A DNA stretch of 43,248 bases from a virus. The notes beneath the pieces were generated by a model. That model saw only the letters and a list, made by a program, of their open reading frames with translations. It did no database searches and was not told the DNA's origin. A program made the translations under genes and the position numbers. Below are positions 1 to 9,035 of the stretch, one piece after another. Each line of letters begins with the position of its first letter. The stretch's first letter is position 1. The stretch lies in the IMG/VR virus record IMGVR_UViG_3300045988_178743, one strand, 5' to 3'.

Positions 1-45
1 CTGATTGTCGGCCTTAGAAGCGCCGAACTTACCGGTGATATTCGG
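1..45 (-). other. 5' fragment of silent fibre cassette V4 (PNITGKFGASKADNQ...), cut by the window edge
   Basis: Bases 1..55 are identical to 42722..42776, where the cassette continues to its stop at 42554. Confidence 0.85.
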
Positions 46-55
46 CGCCGAATAT
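38..55. repeat. Crossover site copy: perfect 18-bp palindrome ATATTCGGCGCCGAATAT between two head-to-head cassette starts
   Basis: Self-complementary by inspection. The same sequence occurs at 42759..42776 and 43194..43211. Confidence 0.9.
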
Positions 56-278
56 AACGGGTCAACTCAATAAATCACCTACGCCTTGGAGCGGCTTACT
101 TTATGAACAAAATGGGGCACTCAAGCCCGTTAACGTAGGTGATACAGCTTATTCCGGTCATACCAACGGTTCAAATTACCGTTTGGAATTTGATGCCTCT
201 TGTTCTAACAAAACCTACGGCAACAGTACAACCGTTCAGCCTCCATCGATTGCGCTCTTGCCGTGTATTAAGTTCTAA
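48..278 (+). other. Silent tail-fibre C-terminal cassette V6 (76 codons, PNITGQLNKSPTPW...TVQPPSIALLPCIKF-stop), no start codon
   Basis: My own translation from CCG at 48. It shares the PNITG start and the VQPP..LLPCIK end with the expressed fibre. It lies convergent with, and overlaps by 11 nt, the stop of gene 268..774. Confidence 0.85.
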
Positions 279-774
279 TGCAGGGGAGCAGGGAGATAGA
301 GGGCGGCTGAACCGTTGCCGAAGATCCGTAGATTGATGAAGTTCTGGATGCATAAAAATTGACAGCATTAGTGCTTGAAGCGCCCCCACCCGGAACATTT
401 ACATTCTGACTGACCATTGAAAACGCTCCGGATGATTCAGTAACCCACGGGGTTCCATTATGAGATCCGCTGATATTCGGTAAGCCCGCGCTTTTAAACG
501 TTCCGGCTGACCCAATTGAGGTTGTGCCCTCGACAAAACGATTCGCTAAATTTGGCAAGTTAAAAGTTGTACTTCCATCACCACTGCCATGTTTTGTACC
601 AATAACTGCGAAAAGCGCTGCGTATGTCGATCGACTCACAGCTGCACCGTTGCAGAGAAGCCAGCCATCAGGAACTGAATAGAAGTGTCCAAGCATTCCT
701 GTTGGCATGCTCAACGGCTTTAGCTTAGGGAGCAGATCATTCAATGCCTGAGAAATTTGAGTAAGAGTTGCCAT
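268..774 (-). CDS. Tail fibre distal subunit with a phage tail-collar-type domain; residues 99-168 are cassette V5 in the expression slot
   Basis: 168 aa. The motif DGWLLCNGAAVSRSTYAALFAVIGTKHGSGDGSTTFNLPNL is typical of the tail collar / MdpB-like domain. It lies last in the baseplate-fibre operon. The C-terminal 70 codons follow the CCGAATATCA junction. Confidence 0.85.
   Translation of the reverse strand: MATLTQISQALNDLLPKLKPLSMPTGMLGHFYSVPDGWLLCNGAAVSRSTYAALFAVIGTKHGSGDGSTTFNLPNLANRFVEGTTSIGSAGTFKSAGLPNISGSHNGTPWVTESSGAFSMVSQNVNVPGGGASSTNAVNFYASRTSSIYGSSATVQPPSISLLPCIRT
471..480 (-). repeat. Half crossover site inside the expressed fibre gene (sense CCGAATATCA = Pro-Asn-Ile-Ser)
   Basis: This is the same 10-mer that opens every silent cassette. 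The 480-bp terminal repeat ends exactly here. Confidence 0.8.
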
Positions 775-791
775 GCCAACCTCTTCAGATG

Positions 792-1391
792 TCAGATGTT
801 CACAGTTTCACCACCCAGCTTGGCAACAGCCTGGGTCAACTGAGTGACAATTATTTTTAAAGATTCGACTTCTTGTGCAGTTGTGCCGCCAATCGGTCGT
901 CCGCCTGGCGTAGCACCATCACCCGCATAAAGTGTCCATGTTTCTGTATTCAGTACAACTTCTCGATCTGCAGGAATTATTTGAGCCAGTTCGGCAGTCG
1001 TGTAGCCTTTAATTTGGATAGCTACACCGCCTGCCTGAAAATCGAGAGGTGTTGCGAGTTTCTTTGCTGTCACTGCTCGCTCAGCAAGATGCAGCTCTTT
1101 CACTGATCCTGCCTTGAGCGCAGCACCATCAAGAGCCCCATCTTTAGTCCATTTGAAAGACTGCAACGCCTCAAGAAACTGTGTGATGCTCGGCGGCTCG
1201 ACTTGCGTCATGCCGCATGCATCGATCACCGAGATGCGCATCTGATCTATCAAATAGAACCACGCAGCCCCTGGTTTGGTTGCGGGAGTCCCGGTTTTTG
1301 GATTGCCGGACGTTGGATAACCTTTTGAACTCAAAGTGCTTAGCGACGGCGGCGAATCGATCGCTGACGCCTGCCAATAACCTGATGTCAT
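792..1391 (-). CDS. Tail fibre proximal subunit
   Basis: 199 aa with an N-terminal GTPATKPGAAWFYLIDQM-type motif as in P2 H / Mu S-like fibre N-termini. It lies between the baseplate gp48-like gene and the collar-domain gene, and its ATGA overlaps the upstream gene. Confidence 0.7.
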   Translation of the reverse strand: MTSGYWQASAIDSPPSLSTLSSKGYPTSGNPKTGTPATKPGAAWFYLIDQMRISVIDACGMTQVEPPSITQFLEALQSFKWTKDGALDGAALKAGSVKELHLAERAVTAKKLATPLDFQAGGVAIQIKGYTTAELAQIIPADREVVLNTETWTLYAGDGATPGGRPIGGTTAQEVESLKIIVTQLTQAVAKLGGETVNI

Positions 1392-1993
1392 GCTTCTTCC
1401 TCATAGATGAAAATTACGTATACGTGTGCAGGTGCAAGCGCACGTATCATGCACTCGAGAAGTGCATTACCCCATCGGGCAAGATGCTCATCAACACCCC
1501 ACGTCACATCGAAATACTCTGCGTTTCCGTCGGACCTGATAGTGATGCCAAGAGTCATCACCGTCGTCCATTGTTCGTCCCAGAGCGCGTCGTCAACTGT
1601 GCTGTCGACTGTGTGCTCCGTGAATGTCGTCACTTTTGCCTGATAGCCGAGAGTGCCGGCGAGCGACTCGAAAAATGCAGCCGTCAATCCCAAATTTGAA
1701 GTGATCTTTGCGAGCAGTTCCTGCCGCATTTGTTCACGAGATGGATCAGCAATCGCTGCGAGACACTCTGACGGGATACCCCACTCGTCGAACCATCGTT
1801 CAAGCTCCTCTATTGAGGAGCGCGGATCAGCCTCTTCAAGTACAGCATTTGCACGCTCGTCAACTCTTGCAGCCTCTCGAGCTAAGGCATACAGAATTGC
1901 GTCAAGCATGCCGCCCTGCCGACGATGCCAGATCGGGCCCCGCGGAAGCAGAGCCTCAACTTGATGCGCATAATGTTTTTCCGTCAGTGCCAT
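1388..1993 (-). CDS. Baseplate/tail protein, Mu gp48-like (DUF2313 family)
   Basis: 201 aa. The N-terminus LLPRGPIW...LDAILYALAREAARV is characteristic of the family. Its position after the baseplate J gene also fits. Confidence 0.75.
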   Translation of the reverse strand: MALTEKHYAHQVEALLPRGPIWHRRQGGMLDAILYALAREAARVDERANAVLEEADPRSSIEELERWFDEWGIPSECLAAIADPSREQMRQELLAKITSNLGLTAAFFESLAGTLGYQAKVTTFTEHTVDSTVDDALWDEQWTTVMTLGITIRSDGNAEYFDVTWGVDEHLARWGNALLECMIRALAPAHVYVIFIYEEEA

Positions 1994-1994
1994 A

Positions 1995-3020
1995 TCACAC
2001 CCATGTGATCGTGCCAGGAACGTAGATCTCTCCTACGACCGTACTCACATCATCTGTTGGCGTCACAATGCGATAACTCTTCACCTCCGAGACGCCGCTA
2101 ATTGCTCGATCTATTGAGGTTCGCAAAACGGCGCCGCCTGGGACAGCTTCAGCAAGCACAACGCTCTCGATCGCAGACTCGATCTTGGCCTTCACGGCTT
2201 CATCGTCCGGGAGTATGTCGAGCGTGATGTCGAGCGGTTTCGGGACTGGCGCGACTACGTGCAGTATTGCCGTCACCGGCATTTGTGAAGTGATGTACTC
2301 ATCGACGCGTTTCACCATCGTCTCTGTCGGTATCCCGTTTGACGTCATGCCGTCTGTCATAAAACGCACCGTCACATGACCTTGACCGAGCTCCTGGGGA
2401 TAGCACCACGCTCGAGTGACACCTGAGACCGCAAGCGTCCAAGCAACGTAATCCGCCCTTGTCCCAGCTTTGGGCGGGCTTTTCTGGCGCAGAAGCAAGC
2501 GCTCGCGCAAGCTCTCATCGTCCTCTGCCTCCGCGCCGCCAGTAAGTTCGTCTGCAGTCGCTATGCTCATGATCCCCGCTATAGGACTGACGAGCGTAAG
2601 TTCCATGCCGGCTTCTGAATTGCCCGAGGCACCTGCCACTGTAGCTTCGATAGGAGCTTTACCATCGATGCTTGCTGCGGTAGTTACGTAGACGCTGCCA
2701 TCTTCAGCTTGAAGCTGTGTACCGACCGGCACGGTGCCAGTGCCGATGAAGGAGACTTCACCAGTCGCAGCTGAAGCTGCTTTGCGGTAGATGCCGTATT
2801 CGGACGCACGGCGCTCAAGATACGCACCTTCTGCTGTCGTCGTGAAGCACTGTCGCAACACGAAGGCGATAAATCCATGCAAACCATGCGAAACGCCTGA
2901 GATAACTCGCACTAGCACAGGTACGAGCGACCAGCGCATAGCCTTCTTTCCCATGCGGCTCTCGGCATCTGCCTGCACACGTTTAATAATCTGCGAAAGA
3001 GTTGGTCTTTCAAAAGACAT
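1995..3020 (-). CDS. Baseplate J-like protein (Mu gp47-like)
   Basis: The long ORF is trimmed to the MSFERPTLSQII start typical of Baseplate_J proteins. Synteny with the gp46- and gp48-like genes supports the call. Confidence 0.8.
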   Translation of the reverse strand: MSFERPTLSQIIKRVQADAESRMGKKAMRWSLVPVLVRVISGVSHGLHGFIAFVLRQCFTTTAEGAYLERRASEYGIYRKAASAATGEVSFIGTGTVPVGTQLQAEDGSVYVTTAASIDGKAPIEATVAGASGNSEAGMELTLVSPIAGIMSIATADELTGGAEAEDDESLRERLLLRQKSPPKAGTRADYVAWTLAVSGVTRAWCYPQELGQGHVTVRFMTDGMTSNGIPTETMVKRVDEYITSQMPVTAILHVVAPVPKPLDITLDILPDDEAVKAKIESAIESVVLAEAVPGGAVLRTSIDRAISGVSEVKSYRIVTPTDDVSTVVGEIYVPGTITWV

Positions 3021-3021
3021 G

Positions 3022-3435
3022 TCAGCTCCAAACGTTTTGGAAACGAGCGGCAAGCGCTTGCGTGTCGTCAGGCTTGAAACAAACGACTGTGAGCGTCAAT
3101 TGATCTATATCGCTACGCTCAGCAGTCACCTCGATGCGAGCGACAACGGCATCTTCAGTGAGCCATTTAAGCGCCTCTTTGGCGTAGGCCTCAGCGCGTC
3201 TGAGCATCTGCGGAAGCATCTTCTGACGCTGCAGCAACCACAGCCGCGAACCGATCCGGTCACCAGTTTCCTGAGCAAATGTGTCGCCCCACCAACCCTG
3301 GCGGTATGGCGCTACCGGACCATCATCTGCAGCCGATTTACGCCATGAAAAAAGGCTGATAAGTACAGCTTGCGCTAGCTCATCAGCCTCAAAGTCAGAA
3401 ATGTCTGCTGTCTTTCCGTTGAGAATTAGTTCCAT
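3022..3435 (-). CDS. Baseplate protein, GP46 family (Mu gp46-like)
   Basis: 137 aa from MELILNGKTADISDFE. The motifs WWGD and GSRLWLL are typical of the GP46 family. The ORF-track N-terminal extension overlaps the upstream gene and is probably not translated. Confidence 0.75.
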   Translation of the reverse strand: MELILNGKTADISDFEADELAQAVLISLFSWRKSAADDGPVAPYRQGWWGDTFAQETGDRIGSRLWLLQRQKMLPQMLRRAEAYAKEALKWLTEDAVVARIEVTAERSDIDQLTLTVVCFKPDDTQALAARFQNVWS

Positions 3436-3442
3436 AGATACC

Positions 3443-4078
3443 TTAGTTTTCAGCTCCTCCGGTTTGGCCACTGCCTGGTTGCACGCCAGAGTGTTTGTGA
3501 GTTTTGAGACCAATGCCGTCCGCTGTGACATCACCCCCCGAAACCTTGATGTCACCCGTGACAGCCGCACCGTTGCCTCCAGAGATAGCCATGCCGCCGG
3601 TGCCGGTGATAAGGTTTGCCACTTTTAGTGCGCCAGTGATTTCAACCGTTGGAGCATCGATCTTCACTGAAGCCGCTTTGAGAGTCGCAGCACCGCTCAC
3701 TGTTGCGGTCAGTGTGCCGCCGACGGTCGCCTCGAGCTGTTTGTCTGTGTGGATCACAATTCCATCGCGCGTGAGATGCACCTTCTGTCCTTGGTCGTCA
3801 TAGAGTGCAACTTCACCGGCTTTCAATTTCGTCAGCCGATAGCGCCGGTCAGCGATACAAAAAACTATGCCGTGGCTGCGATCGCCGCCGAAGAATGCTG
3901 CAAAAGCTTCCGGCTGTTCATCGTCGAGCGGCTCAGATGTAAACCCATAAGGCTCAACATGCTCAAGATCGTCGCGTACTTCATCTGCAAGCAGCCTCAC
4001 CTGCACCACGCGCATCTTTTTTGTGCCGTCCGCCGCGGATACCGTCCCGCGGGCAAGCACATCATCCAATCTGCCCAT
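3443..4078 (-). CDS. Baseplate hub/spike protein (Mu gp45 / gpV-like)
   Basis: The start MGRLDDVLARGTV...VQVRLLADE...EPYGFTSEP and the C-terminal HKHSGVQPGSG match gpV/gp45-type assembly proteins. I chose the start at 4078 to avoid overlap with 4137..4421. Confidence 0.75.
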   Translation of the reverse strand: MGRLDDVLARGTVSAADGTKKMRVVQVRLLADEVRDDLEHVEPYGFTSEPLDDEQPEAFAAFFGGDRSHGIVFCIADRRYRLTKLKAGEVALYDDQGQKVHLTRDGIVIHTDKQLEATVGGTLTATVSGAATLKAASVKIDAPTVEITGALKVANLITGTGGMAISGGNGAAVTGDIKVSGGDVTADGIGLKTHKHSGVQPGSGQTGGAEN

Positions 4079-4136
4079 AAAAAAAACGGCCACATCTCTG
4101 CGACCGTCCTCATTCGTATATTCGTATGTGACTGGT

Positions 4137-4421
4137 TCAATGCATGCGAACCCACTCACCTTTTGATGACTCGTGCCACTCTTCTTCCTGCCCGTCGCGC
4201 CCGTAGCGTTCGACAAAGACCCGATCATCTTGCACCTGTATTCGCTTGATATCTCCGTCTTTATGAGGCGTCACAATATTAGGATTCAGCTCGCTGTGAT
4301 AAACGCAGTTTCTGTCACTCAACAGACCGTACTTGTTGATGTATTTCTCACAGACAAACGCACCGGCAAAGCTCGTCTGAGCCATCGCAATTAAGCTTAA
4401 TGCCGCAACGAATCGCCTCAT
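4137..4421 (-). CDS. Small secreted protein (signal peptide) inserted in the baseplate module
   Basis: 94 aa from MRRFVAALSLIAMAQTSFA/GAF (hydrophobic core plus an AXA-like cleavage motif). Its ATGA overlaps the stop of the gp44-like gene. I recognise no structural family. Confidence 0.55.
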   Translation of the reverse strand: MRRFVAALSLIAMAQTSFAGAFVCEKYINKYGLLSDRNCVYHSELNPNIVTPHKDGDIKRIQVQDDRVFVERYGRDGQEEEWHESSKGEWVRMH

Positions 4422-5572
4422 TTCACACCTTTCCAAGCATTCTTAGTTACCACGTTACTTTGAGATGATACATCTCGCTTAAATGCCGACGGCAAACTAA
4501 CTTCCAGAGTTGTAATCATTCCGCTCGCAGAAAGCTGAAAGATAATTTTTGTCACCAACATCAAATCGCTGCGCTTCAGAATTTCGTCTTCAACACGAAT
4601 AAATTGATTAGGACGCCACAGAGTGCCGTCGCTTTGACGCCATCCTTGTATTGTGTATGACGCTTTCAAAGACACTCCACGGCGATATGCGGCTTCAAAG
4701 TTAGCTCTCGCAGCACACATCTGCCCGCCACTCTGACCAGAATCCTTCAAAACCAGAAGTCGGAAGCGGCCTACATCAGAATCTGTTGCTGTACCTTTGT
4801 CTTCCGCTGCAGATCGACCAAAGTCAGTATCAATTCCTGCGTGTTGACCAACAGCGATGTAGTGCGAATAACGCTTTGAGAAATCGAATGCCGAACTGCC
4901 AGCAAGTATGTTGACGCCCAATTCAAGCGCGTCCGCCGCTTGTCCGGCGCTCCCGGGCTCTGTGATCACGAGATTTCCTTGTTCGTCATCCATGACGACT
5001 AAGTTCTCTTTCGTAATCAAGCGGTTAATTGACTCAAATACCTTTTCGCCGGGATTTACTGTGTGATTTGTGAGCGTCTTACCTATGCCGACTTCATCTT
5101 TCACAGTTACACCGTAAGGCTTCGCTAAATCCGCAATGATTTGGGAAACGGACTGATTTTTCCATGAAGTTGCGGGATTCGTACTCGTCGTTGTTATCGC
5201 TGTGCCACTTTTGCCCTTTACACCAACCCAAGCGTTCTTCGATCCCGCTACCGCATATGCGGCTGATGGAGGACAACACTCCACCAAATCGACCGTTCTC
5301 GACTTTCCTTGTATCTGCACCTTAACAGACTTCCCGTCATACTGGATTGGTGTCGAGGAGATCCATCCGGTGCAAACCAAATCATCGCCGATGTAAACCT
5401 GCACTAAATCTCCGTTTCGAAAAAAACCGAAGTCGGTACTGCCCGGGAATTTCTCTGTCACCTCCAGAGCGAACGCGCGAGATAGCTGCTCGATGCCCGT
5501 TTCGATTCTTACAGATTTCCAACCACCAAAGCGGCGGCGGCCAATACGAACCTCAACTCTGTTGTCAGTCAT
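4418..5572 (-). CDS. Baseplate/tail protein, Mu gp44 (P) / late control D-like
   Basis: 384 aa. Called from size and position between the DNA-circulation and gp45-like genes, plus ATGA coupling. Confidence 0.7.
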   Translation of the reverse strand: MTDNRVEVRIGRRRFGGWKSVRIETGIEQLSRAFALEVTEKFPGSTDFGFFRNGDLVQVYIGDDLVCTGWISSTPIQYDGKSVKVQIQGKSRTVDLVECCPPSAAYAVAGSKNAWVGVKGKSGTAITTTSTNPATSWKNQSVSQIIADLAKPYGVTVKDEVGIGKTLTNHTVNPGEKVFESINRLITKENLVVMDDEQGNLVITEPGSAGQAADALELGVNILAGSSAFDFSKRYSHYIAVGQHAGIDTDFGRSAAEDKGTATDSDVGRFRLLVLKDSGQSGGQMCAARANFEAAYRRGVSLKASYTIQGWRQSDGTLWRPNQFIRVEDEILKRSDLMLVTKIIFQLSASGMITTLEVSLPSAFKRDVSSQSNVVTKNAWKGVK

Positions 5573-6855
5573 TCACTCAAAATCCTTAACGGAGACGCTG
5601 GACAGAAGCCTTCATGACGAACCCCATTCCGGAGTGCTATTTCCGAATCGCGAGTTGCATCATCGTGATAATCGTAGGCAAGCACCACAGCAGGAACAAC
5701 ATCCGTTGGCGTCACAGTGATTAAGCGCTGCTGCAAATCTGCACGTGATGTAAGTACCTCAAAGACTGCGACGCGGGCATCTTCGATCTTTTTGTACATC
5801 TCATCGTTGGTCTCGAGCAGAAGCTCCGTATCGAGCGCCTCTGTGAGCACCGTACGAGTTTCAATGAGTTCATCGTAGCTCCTGACATGAACTGTCATTT
5901 CGGAAAGATCGTCCCGAGTCGTGAGCGTCGTGCCTGGCGCCGAAGAGTCTTTGTCAGAGCCCACGAGAGCGCTCACGCCGACCATCTGCGCGATAAGAAG
6001 CTGACGCGTCAGCGTTTCTACCGCCGCACGATTCTTCATCACAGTCTTCTGCACATCCGAGAGTGTCGTCCCTTCCTCAACGACCTTTCTGTAAGCTTTA
6101 GTGCCAGACGAAAGTTTGTCGTGCCCAACCAAATTTTCGAGCTGCTTCGCCACACTGCGCCACGCAGAAACAGTTGTTGCCCACCGCGAAAGTCCTAGCG
6201 CACCGGCGAGCTTCGTCGCGAAGATCTTCGGATCAGTTGAAAGCAGTGACATGGCCTTCGACGCAGTCTCAGCTACTCCCTCAGCAAAATCGAAGATTTT
6301 GGAGAGTTCCGAGTTACTAATGATCCCTAGGCAGTCGAGAATGTCGCCCTGGAGCGCAGAGTCGATGTACTCGTTGATCGTCTTAAGATCGATCGACGTC
6401 ACAAACCGATCAATAGCCGACTCTTCGACAGCATCTGCAACATCGAATGCTTCACTCTCAGCGTCCACCGAAATCGTCGGAAATTCGAGAATGCCGGCCT
6501 CTGTCGCGGTGATCACCACCGACGCAACTCCGAGTGCCGCATCAAATTTGAGCTCTGAGATAGAGGTAATCGTCACCTCCATCTCGCCCAGCCAAGGGTG
6601 TATGAGCGTGCCAGACCCAGGAGCCTCCAGCTCTGCCATTAAGGATTGAGCCTGAGCGATATAGTCATCACCAATAACGAACGCAGTGAGAGTGATCTGT
6701 CGCGTCGCTCGCCCTAAATCTTCAACAAATGGCTGATCCTTTTGAGGATATTCGTGGACCACCGTACGGCGCCCAATTTTCAAACCTGACGCAGTCACCT
6801 CAAAGGGTATACCTCTAAAGCTTGCCGGCTGAAGCTGATCAGAGAACTTACTCAT
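5569..6855 (-). CDS. DNA circulation protein (Mu gp43-like)
   Basis: 428 aa. The N-terminus ASFRGIPFEV...GRRTVVHEYPQKDQPFVEDLGR is the signature of the Mu DNA-circulation N-terminal domain. Confidence 0.8.
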   Translation of the reverse strand: MSKFSDQLQPASFRGIPFEVTASGLKIGRRTVVHEYPQKDQPFVEDLGRATRQITLTAFVIGDDYIAQAQSLMAELEAPGSGTLIHPWLGEMEVTITSISELKFDAALGVASVVITATEAGILEFPTISVDAESEAFDVADAVEESAIDRFVTSIDLKTINEYIDSALQGDILDCLGIISNSELSKIFDFAEGVAETASKAMSLLSTDPKIFATKLAGALGLSRWATTVSAWRSVAKQLENLVGHDKLSSGTKAYRKVVEEGTTLSDVQKTVMKNRAAVETLTRQLLIAQMVGVSALVGSDKDSSAPGTTLTTRDDLSEMTVHVRSYDELIETRTVLTEALDTELLLETNDEMYKKIEDARVAVFEVLTSRADLQQRLITVTPTDVVPAVVLAYDYHDDATRDSEIALRNGVRHEGFCPASPLRILSE

Positions 6856-6863
6856 CCAAAACC

Positions 6864-8630
6864 TCAGTATGAGTAACGGTCGGCATAACCGACGGAGCCA
6901 AGAATGTCGAGGCCGCCACTGCCTTGAGCGTCAGTGATCGCCGCCGATGCGCCGCCGGTCGCAGTTACGTCGACCGCGACGCGGCCACTCACATGCTGCG
7001 ATGCAGTTAAGTTCACTGGCTCGACCCGCTGCACGGTTGCGGACTGTGTGCTGCCCGATGTTTTCGAGTCGCTCGAGAACCAGTTCTTCACGAAATCAGG
7101 CACGAGGGAAGCGAAGTCGAAGTTTGCGAAGAAGTCACGGATGATTCGACCAACATTTTGTACGCTTTTCTTGACACTCTCATACCAACCAGTACAAGCC
7201 TTCGCCCACGAATCTGGAAGCAAGTTGAACACGCTCTTGATGACATCATCAATACTGCGGAGCACCGCTGGAAAATCTCCGCGGAAAACTGCTTTAGCCG
7301 TTGAAAGTATCGAAGAACCTACTGCCCCAAATCTCTCGGTGAGACGATCCCATGCTGCGGCGACAAAATCGACACAGGCCTGAGCACCTTCCTTGATTGC
7401 TGGCCAGATGCGATCCCAGTTCGCGATCACAAGCCCCGCAGCAATTGCAACGGCGCTGATCACGAAGCCGACGGGTCCGAGTGCACCTGCCATAGCGACC
7501 CCGACTGTGCGGGCGATAGTCGCAAGCGTGCTGAATGTCTGAATCATCGTCATCACACTCGAGCCGAGAGCGACGACAGCCATAATCGTCTTTCCTGCCA
7601 TAATCGCGCCCATCGTGTACAAGACTGTATTGAACCCACCTACAGCATTGAAGGCACGAATCGCGTAATCCGCAAAAGCCAGGATCCCACTCACGATTCC
7701 TTCGAAATCAATACTCTCAAGCGATTGCGCGAAGCGCTCAGCAACTTGGGCGAACTTCTCAGAGAAAGCCTCCCGATTTGCGACGATCATGGTCTGGATA
7801 CGCCCAGTCATGCGTGTGATTGTCGGCGCTAATGATGAAGCTATTGTGTTGCCCACTGAAGTCACAACAAGGTGTAAGTTTGTGAACCCCGTGCTCAGAT
7901 CAGAAGCTGATTTCACCGCATCCCGACTCATTACGATGCCAAGTCGATGAGCTTCGGCACTCATATCGTCGAGCCCTGCAGCTCCAGCAGTCAGCATCGG
8001 TAAGAGCTTACGACCGCCCTCACCGAAGACGGCCATTGCCATCGAGGCTCGCAACGTCGGATCCTCGTTTCTCTGTATTGCGTCAGCAAAGTCACGGAAA
8101 ACGTCTTCAACCGAGCGCATGTTTCCGGCAGCATCTTTCATCTTGATGCCAAGAGCGTCGAAAAGCGTTGCCGCTTTCGATGTCGTGTCCATCCCCGTTG
8201 CGATTTCAGTCATGTGCTTGCCGAAATCCTTGAGCGCATCTTCAAGCGTTTCCTGAGAAGCGCCAGCCTGCACAGCCGCGTAGCCCCACTCTTGCAGGCG
8301 TTCGACACCCACTCCGACGCGCTGACTCATCTTGTCGAGCCCATCGCCAGTTGCTGTGAAACTCGATACCGCCTGTTGCATACTGAAGCCGACAGATCCA
8401 GCTGCCGCGGCAAGAGGACCGCCAACAATACTGCCGAGGTTTTTTGCGTTCTCGGCAACGTCCATCACAGACCGATTGAAGAGTCTTAACTGCTTCTGGA
8501 GACCCGTGAATTTCGTCGACTGAACGACCTTGGCAAGTCCAACCCATCGGGCGGAGAACGCTTTGACCACTGGCGATGCAACGTCTCTGATCGCAAGAAC
8601 GGCAGTCAATCTAAAGTCTTTACCCGCCAT
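6864..8630 (-). CDS. Tail tape measure protein
   Basis: About 588 aa from MAGKDFRLTAVL, Ala/Gly-rich with hydrophobic C-terminal segments. It follows the chaperone and its frameshift region. Confidence 0.85.
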   Translation of the reverse strand: MAGKDFRLTAVLAIRDVASPVVKAFSARWVGLAKVVQSTKFTGLQKQLRLFNRSVMDVAENAKNLGSIVGGPLAAAAGSVGFSMQQAVSSFTATGDGLDKMSQRVGVGVERLQEWGYAAVQAGASQETLEDALKDFGKHMTEIATGMDTTSKAATLFDALGIKMKDAAGNMRSVEDVFRDFADAIQRNEDPTLRASMAMAVFGEGGRKLLPMLTAGAAGLDDMSAEAHRLGIVMSRDAVKSASDLSTGFTNLHLVVTSVGNTIASSLAPTITRMTGRIQTMIVANREAFSEKFAQVAERFAQSLESIDFEGIVSGILAFADYAIRAFNAVGGFNTVLYTMGAIMAGKTIMAVVALGSSVMTMIQTFSTLATIARTVGVAMAGALGPVGFVISAVAIAAGLVIANWDRIWPAIKEGAQACVDFVAAAWDRLTERFGAVGSSILSTAKAVFRGDFPAVLRSIDDVIKSVFNLLPDSWAKACTGWYESVKKSVQNVGRIIRDFFANFDFASLVPDFVKNWFSSDSKTSGSTQSATVQRVEPVNLTASQHVSGRVAVDVTATGGASAAITDAQGSGGLDILGSVGYADRYSY

Positions 8631-8787
8631 CTGTTCTCTCCATTGCGATGCGATTCCATTGAGCCACGTAAAGATCTTGTTCCGAAAAGGACATCTGCAT
8701 AGTCTTCGAAGGAGCGAGCCTCCACACATACGCGAGATCAAAGCATCGCGCCAGGATGTCTTCTACTCGGCCCCTTCCCCGAAAAAA
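8620..8787 (-). CDS. -1 frame extension of the tail chaperone (frameshifted long form)
   Basis: The slippery TTTTTTC lies at 8781..8787 (minus sense). The -1 frame stays open to 8620 and ends overlapping the tape-measure start. Confidence 0.6.
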   Translation of the reverse strand, partial: FFRGRGRVEDILARCFDLAYVWRLAPSKTMQMSFSEQDLYVAQWNRIAMERTDGG

Positions 8788-9035
8788 CCCATCACCATCC
8801 AACACAGCACATTGAAGTCTTTGAGTGCGAGTGTTTCAATTACCGAAGGCGGCAGCCCTGCGAGTTTTGAAATGTAAGCTGCGCACACAGCAGTGTTGAG
8901 ATGAGGCATGCCGTCAAGATCTACTGTGTATGGCATACCAAGCTGTTTGCACATCTTTGTAGTCGGCTCCTTCAGATCGAGCTCGCTAATCTTCTCGCCA
9001 GCGTGTTCGATCGGATGCTTCAATTCGTACTTCAT
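8763..9035 (-). CDS. Tail assembly chaperone (gpE/gpG-like short form)
   Basis: 90 aa between the tube and tape-measure genes. It ends just after a T_TTT_TTC slippery heptamer. Confidence 0.7.
   Translation of the reverse strand: MKYELKHPIEHAGEKISELDLKEPTTKMCKQLGMPYTVDLDGMPHLNTAVCAAYISKLAGLPPSVIETLALKDFNVLCWMVMGFFGEGAE

Larger units (their letters stand above)
1..480. repeat. Left copy of a perfect 480-bp inverted repeat at the window termini, made of tail-fibre cassette DNA
   Basis: Base p equals the complement of base 43249-p for p=1..480. Identity breaks at 481 (t) versus 42768 (g). ORF-track proteins 139..336/42913..43110 and 171..398/42851..43078 are identical. Confidence 0.95.

Noticed and set aside
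139-398. ORF-track ORFs 139..336 (+) and 171..398 (-), and their mirror copies 42851..43078 and 42913..43110, as genes
   Set aside because: They are wrong-frame or antisense readings across cassettes V5 and V6. Their duplication simply reflects the terminal inverted repeat.
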